A DNA stretch of 64,000 nucleotides from the human T2T-CHM13v2.0 reference genome, Homo sapiens. The notes beneath the pieces were generated by a model. That model saw only the letters and a program-made list of their open reading frames with translations. It searched no databases and had not been told where the DNA came from. Below, in pieces: positions 42,581 to 61,023 of this stretch (positions within the stretch are counted from its first letter, which is position 1; the number at the start of each line of letters is the position of its first letter). Where the stretch lies: NCBI RefSeq assembly GCF_009914755.1, contig NC_060945.1; one strand, 5' to 3'. Made by a program: the position numbers and the translations under genes.

Positions 42581-45174
42581 ATATTGTCTTATCCCATTTT
42601 GCCCAACATGTAGCCACCTAGCTACTACATCGTAAGTATTTAGAAAGTACATACATTTGTTACCAGTGCCCCATGATAGCAGTGCCTGATGAAGTCATAA
42701 TGCAATGGAGAGCAAATAGAACAAGTGGAGTCTTCTGAATCCTAATGCACTTTACTGATTCTAGAAAGAATAAATGAGAGGCTATGCAAAATCTCAAGCT
42801 CAGCTAAGGAATATATTTTGTTGAAGGTTTGTGCTTCCATTTTATGGTGATTGGAAAGGGACTGAGCTAGAAAGAAACTGAGCTAGAAAGGAGCTCAGTT
42901 CCTCTCCAATCATCACAAAAATTTACATTCCATAGTATGCAACATCTTGTCAGGAAAAACAAATATAATCCTTCACATGCAATCTTTGCTCACAATTATG
43001 AGATACTGTCTTTATGGGTCTAAATCAGAAATACTGTCTTCTTACAGACTCTTGATGTGATCTGTGCTCATCCTTAATCCTTGGTAAAGTTCCAAAATGG
43101 CTCTGGATCCTACTGACATCTGTTACTAAGGATAATGCATGAAGGAGATGAAGATATCTGTTCTCAATAAACAGAGAAAACATTACTAAAGAAAATGTAG
43201 ATCAATTTCAGATCTCCTTATCCATAGATAAGGAAATGCAAGTTATTAGAGACCTATGAAAAATTGCTGTTCAGACATAAAGATGCATCTTTTTATTTCA
43301 GATCTTTACCACTTAAGTTTAGCCTAGTATTTTTTAAGGCCAATGAAACAGTTGGTGAAAAAGAATAAATGCATTTGTGATCTCCAGTGTGTTCTCTCCA
43401 TTCTAGCAAAAAAAAAAAATTCCAAAAACACTTGTTCATACAGCTACAAGTTTGAGGCTTTTCATAGGAAATAAGATTTGAGGTCTAGACTAATTGATTT
43501 TATAGCTTCACAACTGAATTTTGTAATGTAGCCACAGGTCCATACACAGCAGAAGCTTAGATTAATCCTTTCCAAAAATAAAAGGAAAAAATCCATGTGA
43601 ATCACTTCTAAATGCCTCTGTATTGCAAATGAATGATGTTTGGGTGTGCATTTATACTACTTGTCTAAGATAAGACCTATTTAACAAGATATAGTTTATA
43701 CCTCATTAAAGCAACATCTACTTCTCTTGCTTGGTTACTGGTCTTTCACAGCCAGTCCAATTGGCCAATATAAAATACACTTCCATTCTGAAACCTAAGT
43801 TCCACAAGAGAAAGAACATTTTTCTTTTTAAGTAGATGTATTTCATTATCTTTAAGAGTTTATATTATATACATGACATTACCCCCATTTAATTTTTGTG
43901 CTGGTCAGGGATTATTCAGTGATGAAAAAAGTTTTCCCAAATGAGGGCAAATAAAAACATTTTTGCTGGAAGACTATAAAGGACAACTTCATAGACATTC
44001 AAAAGTGAAAAATAAAATACACCCAGACCTCTTATAAATATATTGGGAACTGGAAAATCAGAAACTGAGATCATCTCTCTTAATTCACATGATTTCTCAT
44101 CTCCTTCTCACTAGTACACTTTACCTCCTGATTTCTGGTCCAATCCATTGAACCCATTTTTTTCACTCAATGTGAGTAAATGTCATATAAAAGGTTGCAG
44201 GAAGATGCTGCTTCAGGCCATTTTCTCTAAAAGAGACTTGTAAGTACAGAGGTCATTGAAGTTTCATGAACTTCTTTATCCTTTTTGATCAAGTAGCAGA
44301 TTACCTCTAACTAGTCCACAGCTTCCACATGGAAGATGGACAAACATATAGAAATGGGGAAGAAAGAAGAACCAACACACTTGTCAGCAAATTCAACCTA
44401 AGTCAGCCTCTTTTCAATGGGCTCATGGGAAATGAAGCATTTCCTGGGACACAGAGGAGGGAGAGAAAAATCTCCCATTATTGGGGATTGAACCATAAGA
44501 AAATGTTGTTTCATGGCCCCAAATGGCCAAATACCAACATATTATGTGATCCAACTAAATCACAATGGTATAATCAAACAAGTTATTCTGATTATTACCA
44601 ATAGAGACACTAAAATTTTGGCTGTGTATTAAACCCTCTTGCTTTTCACATCTTCTCAATGTATTTATTTTATAGCACATCTGGAACAATCCTTTTATTT
44701 ATTAATGAAGATCGTCTCAATTGCCAAAGTCTATATTTTTCTTCCACTTAATGAAAAATATCCAAAGTTGCTGGTTATGGGCCCATCAGAGATTATTTTC
44801 TCTTAATCATATTTCATTTAAAAAAAACTAGTCAGTTCATTTTTCTAAAAAAAAAATGCATGTTCAGAAAAAAATACAATCACTGAAAGCCCAAATTTCC
44901 AGTACAATTTAATAACAAAAAAGGACGGAGTGGAGTAGGATAGTCACATGGTTCCTGTTATCCACCCCCAAGCTTAAGAAACAGGGAGGTCTAAAATGTA
45001 GTGTGGAAGAGTAAAAACAGCATGACCTGCTTTCAGTTCCAAGTTCTTCCTTCTACTGATTGTGCAGTCTTGGGCATGCTGATGAATCAAATCAACCTCT
45101 CTGGCTGCACATGGAAATTGAGGAATGAAAATACTTCTGAGGTAGGGTTGATGTGAGCATTGGTTGAGACAATG

Positions 45175-45745
45175 CCTTCATTTGTTGAGTTTCTGTTATG
45201 TGCCAGCACTTTACTACAACAGAGATGCAATAGTGAAGGAAAAGAGAAACACAAGCCCTTTAAGACTTCTTGGCATTTCTGATCTGACAGGTGGACACAG
45301 ACAATAATCAAAGGATTATATGAATAAATCCCAATTATGGTAAATTCTCTGAAAGAGAATAGTGTCCTGAGAATGAGGGGTGGGAGGGAGAGGGGCAAGT
45401 AAACAGAACAGATTGTATGGCCAGAAAGCATATGATTGGACCAAGGAGAACACAAAAGACCTGTGTAGCTAAATGAGGAGAAGCTAGATGTGAAATGGGG
45501 CGTAGAAATTAGGGTCCAGAAATTAAAACTTTACCGTAGATTTTCTGGGACAATAATTTTTGAACTTTACTCAATAAAATGACAAACAATTCAATATTTT
45601 TAAAGAGTAATGATACGATGAGGCTTGAAATTCAAAATGCCAGCCTTGCTACAGTGCAGATAAGAAATTAGAAAAGGGTCAAAAGGATGCAGGAAGCTAA
45701 TCTATTGATCCAGGTGAGGGACATGGCAACCTTGAATCATGTACT
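45175..45745 (-). mobile_element. L2 3' end (host of the two large L1s)
   Basis: ttcatttgttgag...tatgtgccagcact...atccaggtgaggga. Confidence 0.65.
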
Positions 45746-45761
45746 GGAAAAATGATGTCTT

Positions 45762-51824
<6,063 letters not shown>

Positions 51825-51959
51825 TTAACATCTTTTACTCTTCCTTTTTTAAAAAAAAATCTCTATCTCTCTATGTATGCTATAGAGAAAACATTTTTGT
51901 ATTTCCTTCAAATTCCCTAATTCTCTTTTTAATTATGCCCAGTCAAGTTATTATCCTGT

Positions 51960-52484
51960 TGAATTTATTAGATCAACTATAAGAAAAAAAAACTAATGTA
52001 TTGATGTGTTGGGTTGAATGTGGAGAATAAAGGGAAGGGATAAGAGCTAACTCAAAAGTTTCAGGCTTTGGAACTAGATACAAGTTTGAAACACTGAAAA
52101 AGAACAAGATGTGTGATAGGAGGCCTTGGAGATTGTGATATTTTGGGGGACATGTTGAAAATGGGATGTTTCTGAGACATACAAGTGGAAGAATCAACCA
52201 GGCACCTAATTATTCATGTCTGGAGCTCAGTAGGAAAGCCAGCACTACAAAGACAAATTGTGAATTCTATGATGTCTTTGTATTAACTCAGGCTGTACAT
52301 GAAAGTGTAAAGAGATTTCCTAGCAGGGAGAGCATAGAGTGTGAAGAGGAGAGACAAAGATTGAGCTCGACCCAGGAAAGGACGGAATGTGCAAAGGAGT
52401 CAGAGACAGAGCATCTCAGGCAGTAAGAGCAAACCAAAAAACAATCATGATAAAAATTCATTATTTTAAAAAGGAGACTGTGGC
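51960..52484 (-). mobile_element. L2 continuation between the two L1s
   Basis: ttttgggggacatgttgaa...gagacatacaagtgga...gtctggagctcag...ggagtcagaga. Confidence 0.7.
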
Positions 52485-55400
52485 TACAACCACCACTAAC
52501 ATTTCTTCCTCTGCTGTCTCCACATTGTAAAAGGAACATAAACTCAGATTGCCCCAGAGCCGTGGTGGGCAGTTCAGGAGTGCCAAGCTGGGCTCTACAG
52601 CCAGCACTCAAGTGGGAGAGGAGCCTACACTCAGAGTATTGAGAGGGGCATGGCTGCAACTGTGAGAAAATATAAGGAAGCCACATGACTGAGCAAGAGC
52701 CCACCAACTGATCAATACACCTAAGTACCACCTACTCGATCACACCTCAAGGCTTCAACACCAAAAATACCTCATTAACAGACTCCTTTGAGAAACCAAA
52801 GACAAAAAGTCAGCTACAAATAAAGACCCTGCACAAAGGCTCAGCTCCATGAAAACACACAGAAAAGAAGTTTATTGACTGTATCAATCTACACTACAGT
52901 TAAAGGAACACCCACATGCAGAGATGAGAAAGAACCAATGCAAGAATACTGGTAACCGGTAACTCAAATGGTCAGAGTGTCATATGTCCTCCAGATGATT
53001 GCACCTGTTCTCCAGCAAGGGTTCTTAACCCTGTTGAGCTGGCTGGAATGACAGTATTCAGAACATAAATAGAAATGAAGATCATCGAGATTCAGGAGAG
53101 TGGCAAAGCCCAATCCAAGGAAACTAAAAACCACAATAAAATGATACAGAAGATGAAAGATGAAATAGCCAGTATATATAAGAACCTGAGAGAGCTGACA
53201 GAGCTGAGAAACACACTAAAAGAATTTCACAACACAATTACAAGTATTAATAGCAGAACAGACCAAGCTAAAGAAAGAAAATTAGAACTTGAAGCCTGGT
53301 TCTCTGAAATAAGACAGTCAGACAAAAATAAAGAAAAAACAATGAAAAGGAATGCACAAAACCTCCAAGAAATATGGAATCGTGTAAAGAGGCCAAATAT
53401 ATGAATCACTGGCATCCCTAAAAGGGACGAGGGGAAAGCAAACAACTTAAAAAACATATTTTAGGATATCGTCTATGCAAACTACCTCACCTTGCTAGAG
53501 AGGCCAAAAGTCAAACTCAGGAAATACAGAGAACCCCTGCAAGATTCTCCCCAACACACATAATCATCAGAATTTTCCAAGGTTGAAATGAAAGGCAGAA
53601 TGATAAAGACAGCTAGAGAGAAAGGGCAGGTCACCTGCAAAAAGAGAACACCATCAGGATAACAGCAAATCTCTCAGCTGTAACCCTACAAGCAAGAAGA
53701 GATTGGGAGCCTATATTCAACATTTTTAAGGAAGAAATCTTCAACCAAGAATTTCACATCAAGCCAAACTAAGCTCCCTAAGCAAAGGAGAAGTAAGATC
53801 CTTTTCAGATAAGCAAATGATAAGAGAGTTTATTACCACCAGACCTGCCTTACAAGAGATCTTGAAAGCACTAAATATAGAAAGAAAAGACCACTACCGG
53901 CCAATACAAAAACACTTAAATACACAGACCAGTAACACTATAAAGCACAATACAAACAAACCAGCATAGTAACCAGCTAACAACACAATGAAAAGATCAA
54001 AACCACACATGTCAATACTAACCCTGAATATAAACAGGCTAAATGGCTCCATTTAAACGGTACAGAATGGCAAGCTGGATAAAAAGGCAAAACTCAATGG
54101 TATGCTGCAAGAGACCAATCTCACACATAATGACACCCAAAGGCTCAAAATAAAAATAAAAAAATGGAGGCAAATCTACCAAGCAAGTGGAAATCAGAAA
54201 AAATCAGGGGTTGAAATCCTAATCTTAGACAAAACAGACTTTAAATCAATAAGGCTTTTAAAAAAAAGACAAAGAAGGGCATTACATAATGTAAAGAGTT
54301 CAATTCAACAAGAGTTCAATTCAACAATTTAACTATCCTAAATACATGTGCACCCAACATAGGGGCATCCAGATTAATAAAGCAAGTTCTTAGAGTCATA
54401 CAAAGAGACTTAGACTCCCACACAATAATAGAGACTTCAACATTCCACTGAAAGTATTAGACAAATCATTGAGGCAGAAAATTAACAAAGATATTCATGA
54501 CCTGAACTCAACATTGGACCAAATGGATCTGCTAGACCTGTACAGAACTTTCCACCCAAAAACAACAGAATATACATTCTTCTCATCGCCACATGGCACA
54601 CACGCTAAAATTGACCACATAATTGGACATAAAACAATCCTCAGCAAATGCAAAAAAAATTATACCAAACACACTCTTGGACCACAGTGCAATAAATATA
54701 GAAGTCAAGACTAAAAAAAAAATTGCCCCAAACCATGTAATTACATGGAAATTAAACAACATGTTCCTGAATGACTTTTGGGTACATAATGAAATTAAGT
54801 CAGATGTCAAGAAATTATTTGAAACTAATGAGAACAAAGCTACAACATACCGGAATATCTGGGATACAGCTAAGGCAGTGTAAAGAGGGAAGTTTATAGC
54901 ACTAAACACCCATGAAAAAAAGTTAGAAAGATTTCAAATTAACAAGCTAACATCACAGATGAAAGAATTAGAGAAGCAAGAGCAAATCAATCCCAAAGTT
55001 AGCAGAAGACAAGAAATAACAAAAATCAGACCTAAACTGAAGGAAATTGAAACCAAAAAACCCTTAAAAGATCAATGAATCCAGGAACTGGAATTTTGAA
55101 AAAATTACTAACATAGAGCACTAGCTAGACTAATAAAGAAAAAAAGAGAATAAATCCAAATAAACACAATTAGAAATGATGGAAAGGATACACCACTGGC
55201 CCCACAGAAATAAAGATAACCATCAGAAACTACTGCAAACACCTCTACACACACACACTAGAAAACCTAGAAGATATGGATAAATCCCTGGAAACATATG
55301 CTTTCCCAAGGCTGAGCCAGAAAGAAATCGATTCCCTGCACAAACCAATAATGAGCTCTGAAACTGAATGAATAATAAATAGCCTACCAAGAAAAATAAA

Positions 55401-58062
55401 AAGGACAAGATGGATTCACAGTAGAATTCTACCAGATGTACAGAGAGAGCTGGTACCATTCCTACTGAAACTATCACCAAAAATTGAGGAAAGGGGACTC
55501 CTCCCCAACTCATTCCATGAGGCTAGCATTATCCTGATACCAAAACCTGGCAGAGACACAACGAAAAAAGAAAACTTCAGGCCAATATCCTTGATGAACA
55601 TTGATGCAAAACCAACATCCTTGATGAACACTGATGCAAAAATCCTCAACAAAATACTTGTAAACAAAACGCAGCAGCACATCAAAAAGCTAGTCTACCA
55701 CAGTCAAGTAAACTTCATCCTTGGGATGCAAAGTTGGTTCAATGTACACAAACCAATAAATCTAATTCATCACATAAACAGAACTAAAGGAAACAAACAT
55801 GATTATCTCCATAGATGCAGTAAAAGTTTTTGATAAAATTCAACATCTCTTCGTGTTAAAAACTCTCAATTCACTAAATATTGAAGGAATATACCTCAAA
55901 ATAATAAGAGCCACCTACAACAAACCCACAAACGACAGCATACTGAACAGGGAAAAGCTGAAATCATTCCCCTGGAAAACTGGCACAACACAAGAACGCC
56001 CTCCCTCACCACTCCTGTTCAACATATTATTGGAAGGTCTGGCCAGAACAATCAGGCAAGAGAAAGAAATAAAGCATATTTAAATAGGAAGAGAAGAATT
56101 AAAAGTATCCGTTTTTGCAAATGACATGTTTTTATATCTAGAAAACCCCATAGTCTCAGCCTAAAATCTCCTTCAAATGATAAACAACTTCAGCAATGTT
56201 GCAGGATACAAAATCAATGTACAAAAATCACTAGCATTTCTATACACCAACAACAGCCTAGCTGAGAGCCAAATCAGGAATTGAATCCCATTCACAATTA
56301 CCACAAAAAGAATAAAATATCTAGGAATACAGCAAACCATGGAGGTGAAAGATCTCTACAATGGGAATTCCAAAGTGCTGCTCAAAGAAATCAGTGATGA
56401 CACACACAAAAAATATGAAAACATCCCATGGTCATGGACAGGAAGAATCAATATCATTAAAATGGCCATACTGCCCAAAGCAATTTACAGATTCAACGCC
56501 ATTCCTGTCAAACTACCAGTGACATTCTTCACAGAACTAAGAAAAAAAAACTATTTTAAAATTTATATGGAACCAAAAGAGGGCCCAAATGGCCAAGGCA
56601 ATCCTAAATGAAAAGAACAAAACTGGAGGCATCATGTTACCCAACTCCAAACTATACTATGTGGCTACAATAACCAAAACAGTATGGTACTGGTACAAAA
56701 ACAGACACATAGACCAATGGAACAGAATAGAGAGCCCAGAAACAAGCCCACACACCTATGACTGTCTTTGACAAAGCTGACAAAAACAAGCAATGGGGAA
56801 AGGACTCCCTATTAAATAAATGGTGCTGGGATAACAGGCTAGTCATAAGCAGAAGATTGAAACTGGACTCCTTTTTTACATCATATACAAAAATCAACTC
56901 AAGATAAATTAAAGATTTAAATGTAGAACCCAAAAACTATAAAAACCCTAGACAACTTAGGCAATACCATCCTGGACACAGGAATGGGCAAAGATTTTAT
57001 GACAAAGACAGTAAAAGCAATCATAACAAAAGCAAAAATTAACAAATGGGATCTAATTAAACTTAAGAGCTTCTGTACAGCAAAAGAAACTATCAACAGA
57101 GTAAACAGACAACCTACAGAATGGGAGAAAATATTTGCAAACTATGCATCTGGCAAAGGTCTAATATCCAACATCTGTAAGGAACTTAAACAAATTTACG
57201 GAAAAAAGCAAACAATCCCATTGAAAAGTGGACAAAAGACATAAACAGGTATTTTTCTAGAAAAGACATACATGCAGCCAAAAAGCATATTTTAAAAAGC
57301 TCAGTATTGCTGATCATTAGAGAAATGCAAATTAAAACCACAATGAGATATTGTCTCACACCAGTCAGAATGGTTATTATAAAAAAGTCGAAAACTTACA
57401 GATGCTGGCAAGGATGTGAAGAAAAAGGAACACTTATACACTATTGGTGGTAACGTAAATTAGCGCAACCATTGTGGAAAGCAATACGGTGGTTTCTCAA
57501 AGAGCTAAAAGCAGAACCACTGTTGGACACAGCAATTCCATTACTGGGTATATACCCAGAGGAATATAAATCATTCTACCATAAAGACACACGCATGTAA
57601 ATGTTCATTGCAGCACTATTCACAATAGCAAAGATATGGAATCAACCTAAATGCCCAACAATGACAGATTGGATCAAGAAGATGTAGTACACATACACCA
57701 TGGAATACTATGCAGCTATAAAAGAGAATGAGATAATGTCTCTTGCAGAACATAGATGGAGCTGGAGGATATTATCCTAGGCAAACTAATGCAGGAACAG
57801 AAAACCAAATACCACATGCTCTCACTTATAAGTGGGAGCTAAATGAGGAGAACTCATGAACATAAAGGGAACAACAGACATTAGGGCCTATTTCAGGGTA
57901 GAGGGTGGGAAGAAGGAGAGGAGGAGAAAAAAATAGCTATTGGGTACTAGGCCTAGCACCTAGGTGATAAAATTATCTGTACAACAAACCCCCATGACAC
58001 GAGAGCTTACCTATAAAACAAACCTGCACATGTACTCTCGAATCTAAATTAAAAGTTTAAAT
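52485..58062 (+). mobile_element. Near full-length L1PA15/16-like LINE-1, disrupted ORFs
   Basis: Partial 5' UTR, ORF1 peptide (NLQEIWNRVKRPN), ORF2 peptides, 3' UTR ctgtacaacaaacccccatgacac...cacatgtac. Confidence 0.93.
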
Positions 58063-58107
58063 AGTAGAAAATCACAAAATTTAAAAAAAGAAAATAGCCA
58101 TACTTAC

Positions 58108-58271
58108 CATGCTTATGGATTTGCTGGTGTTCATACTTCTTAAGGGTAGAATATTTTAAACAATTGGGAGAGGAATGGGACCAGGTAGGAGCTTCCCTTT
58201 GGCATAGCTTCCATTCCATAGAAAAAGAAGAATCAAACAAGAAGGACAAAACACCCAATGAAGCGATCCAT
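58108..58271 (-). pseudogene. Solo exon 1 of a cytochrome P450 CYP2C gene (4-nt frameshift deletion plus TAA stop)
   Basis: Translation MDRFI/VFCPSCLILLFLWNGSYAKGKLLPGPIPLPIV*NILPLRSMNTSKSISM gives a signal anchor plus the PPGP-type motif. 164 nt versus the 168 nt typical of CYP2C exon 1. Phase-0 donor GTAAGTATG at 58107-58099; stop at 58156-58158. Confidence 0.92.
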
Positions 58272-58380
58272 TGATGTGCTTTGTGTAAACGCAATTGAAA
58301 GCTTAGAATCCAAATATTTTATGAGCACAAAGTGTAAGATAATCACCAAACATGGACTAAGCCTTTGAACTTTGGATAAA
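58272..58380 (-). promoter_or_regulatory. CYP2C-type proximal promoter remnant: TATA-like CATAAAA and HNF4/DR1-like TCCAAAGTTCA
   Basis: CATAAAA at 58323-58317, ~50 nt upstream of the ATG as in CYP2C genes; TCCAAAGTTCA at 58376-58366. Confidence 0.6.
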
Positions 58381-58504
58381 TATTTTTTAATCTTTGATAG
58401 ACTTCCATCTACAGGCAGAAATAAAAACAAAAGTCAATTTGGTATTGATCAATTGCTAAGTTTTCACTGGAAATTTCAACTAAAGGTAACTCACTTTTAT
58501 AAAA

Positions 58505-58848
58505 ATATGAACAAATTAAAACCAAAATTAGTAGAAAGAGTGAAGTAATAAAGCTCAGAACAGAAATAAATGAAATAAAGATTTTTAAATAATTTATAAG
58601 ATCAACAAAATAGTTATTTTTTGAAAAGATGAACAAAATTGACTAACATTTATATAGAATAACTAAGATAAAATTGAAAAGACTCAAATAAATAAAATCA
58701 GAGGTGAAAAAGAAGACATTTTGACCAACACTAAAGAAATACAAACGATCATAAGAAGGTATCATGAGTGGCTATATGTAAACAAAACTGAAAACATAGA
58801 AGAAATGAATAAATTTTGTTACACATACAACCTACTAAGGTTAAATTA
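58505..58848 (+). mobile_element. Old L1M ORF2 fragment inside the transduced segment
   Basis: accaaaattagtagaaag...tttttgaaaagatgaacaaaattgac...acatacaacctac. Confidence 0.8.
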
Positions 58849-59701
58849 TCCTTTCTGATCCAAAAAAATAGAATATTAAGAGCAAAAATTATGTAGAATG
58901 TCTGGGACATTTTTCATTTGGATTAATTCACTTTGAATTAAAATAACAGCAACTAAAAGTCATCTGAGGATTCAGTGATAATTCAAATTGCATTTTAGTT
59001 CTAAAGCAATTAACTTTCAAAACTCTCAGTTTTAGAAGGAAACACTATCAAATGGACATGCTGCCTAGGATGGTGCCTTTAGACGAAGGGGCTGAGTAAA
59101 CATTCGATGAATTAATACATGCATTTTGAAATTGATAGTTGCACAGACTATGTTTTGTAAACTGGAGTGTTATAATATGGGAGCTCAATGTATTCAGTTG
59201 AAATTCCTGACTTAGCTACGTACTGTTTGTATAAACTTGAACATTTACTTAATTTTGTTAAGCTGCAGGTCCTACTGTAAAAATATGGGTAAACATTTAA
59301 GTACCTCTCAGGATTTTTTGAGAAGTAAGTAGGTGGCCCACAATAAATAATTTGCATTGTTTTTGGTCAGCAGTAGGCTTTAAAAATCAAATACTATTAT
59401 TAAATAGTAAAATTATGTAAATCTGTATGCTAAATATTAATTTCATGCTTCAGTTCATTTTATTTTGTAATATTTGGATTTTAATGTCTCAACTAGTCCC
59501 CAAAGGAGTGGAATGCAAAATTTGAAGTCTTCTTTGAGTAAATGAACTGTATAAATCTCAATGTCAAGTTTGTTTAAAAAATTGAATTGCTGTGTGACCG
59601 ACAAATGTCTTGCAAATATCTTTTAGTCTTTCATTTTCCCATTTTCAGTGTTTTCACTCCTTCCTCTCTCCTCTCTGGCTCCATTTACACACATTTTAAG
59701 A

Positions 59702-59724
59702 AATAAAAGCAATATATTAAAAAA
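59702..59724 (+). terminator. Polyadenylation signal and residual A-tail ending the L1 3' transduction
   Basis: AATAAA at 59702-59707, A-run 59719-59724 merging into the TSD. Confidence 0.6.
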
Positions 59725-59736
59725 TGAGGCTGTGTC

Positions 59737-59850
59737 CTGCAGGGATGGGTGCTGCTGAGATCAGGTAAAATGAGTAAAAGGGATGCCAAGCACTTTGCCA
59801 GACACATGTTGGTCATTCACCAACTGACGCAAAACTCAATGCCAAGTGGT
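59737..59850 (-). mobile_element. L2 host resumes after the transduction
   Basis: gtgctgctgagatcaggtaaaatgag matches the L2 segment expected right after ...aaggagactgtggc at 52470. Confidence 0.55.
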
Positions 59851-60035
59851 TGAACGCTTAGCCACAGAACATACTGAGACTCTACTGCTGATCTTCCTGT
59901 GGTAAGACAGAAAGGGAAGCCCAAAGAAGAGAGTTACATGTTCCCTCCCTGTGAAATTCATCCCTTTTCAATAATCCCTCGGGGAACTGCCCAGCCCCTC
60001 ATCTGTCCAGTTTTTGGTCAGGCATGACCTTCTTT

Positions 60036-60270
60036 AACATTTATAGAGATTTACTGTCTCAGATACTATTCTAAATGCTTAAGTGTATGAAATCATTTAA
60101 CCTTTACCACAATCCCATGCAGAAGATCTAATTACTACCCCATTTTACAGATGAAGAAAATGAGGCACAGAGAGGTTAAGTTTCTTGCCCTGCATCACAG
60201 TGAAGTGGCAGAGCAGAGATTCAAACCTAGGCATTCTGATGCAAGGATTTGTGCTTTCATCATCTTACCA
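60036..60270 (-). mobile_element. MIR
   Basis: ccccattttacagatgaagaaaatgaggcacagagaggttaag core. Confidence 0.9.
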
Positions 60271-60363
60271 TCTCTGCAAAGCCTTCACCAATTGCCTCAA
60301 GCATATTTTACTGTAATTCCTCCATACTCACTTGGAATACATTTGTTTTCATAAATGTCTAGA

Positions 60364-60500
60364 GCATCACTGTCCAATAGAAATAAAATGTGAGTGATGT
60401 GAGCCACATACATAATTTTGAATGTTCTAGTAGCCACATTTTAAAAAATTAAATGGAACAGGTGAAAATAATTTTAAAGCTATACTTTATTGAACCCAAT
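60364..60500 (+). mobile_element. MER33 5' half
   Basis: ctgtccaatagaaata...tctagtagccacatt...acaggtgaaa...aacccaat. Confidence 0.85.
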
Positions 60501-60698
60501 TGTGATGTTTAGTTTTATGTACCAACCTGGCTACCCTATTGTGTCCAGTTGCTTGGTTGAACAAAAGCCTAGATGGCACAATAAAATATTTTTCAGATGT
60601 GATTAACAATTAAATCTGTATAGTAGATTACACTCCATATTGTGCATGGGCCACATCCAATCAGTTGAAGGCCTTAAGAGCTAAGACTGTAACATAGA

Positions 60699-60998
60699 GG
60701 CTGGTGTGGTGGCTCATGCCTGTAATCCCAACACTTTGAGAGGATGAGGCAGGAGGATCACTTATGCCCAGAAGTTCAAGACCAGTCTGGGCAACACAGT
60801 GAGACCCTCCCATCTCTAAAAAAAAATGTTTTAAATTAGCCAGGCATGGTGTCATGTGCCAGTTGTCCCAGCTATTCAGGAGGCTGAGGTGGCAGGATCA
60901 CTTGAGCCTGGTAGGTTGAGGCTGTAGTGAGACATGATTGTGCCACTGCACTCAGCCTGGGCAAAAGAGTGAGATCCTATTTCAAAAAAAAAAAAAAA
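60699..60998 (+). mobile_element. AluJ
   Basis: gaggatcactt...cccagaagttc and ggatcacttgagcct diagnostics; TSD aagactgtaacata at 60683-60696 and 60999-61012. Confidence 0.92.
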
Positions 60999-61023
60999 AA
61001 GACTGTAACATAAAAAATTTACC

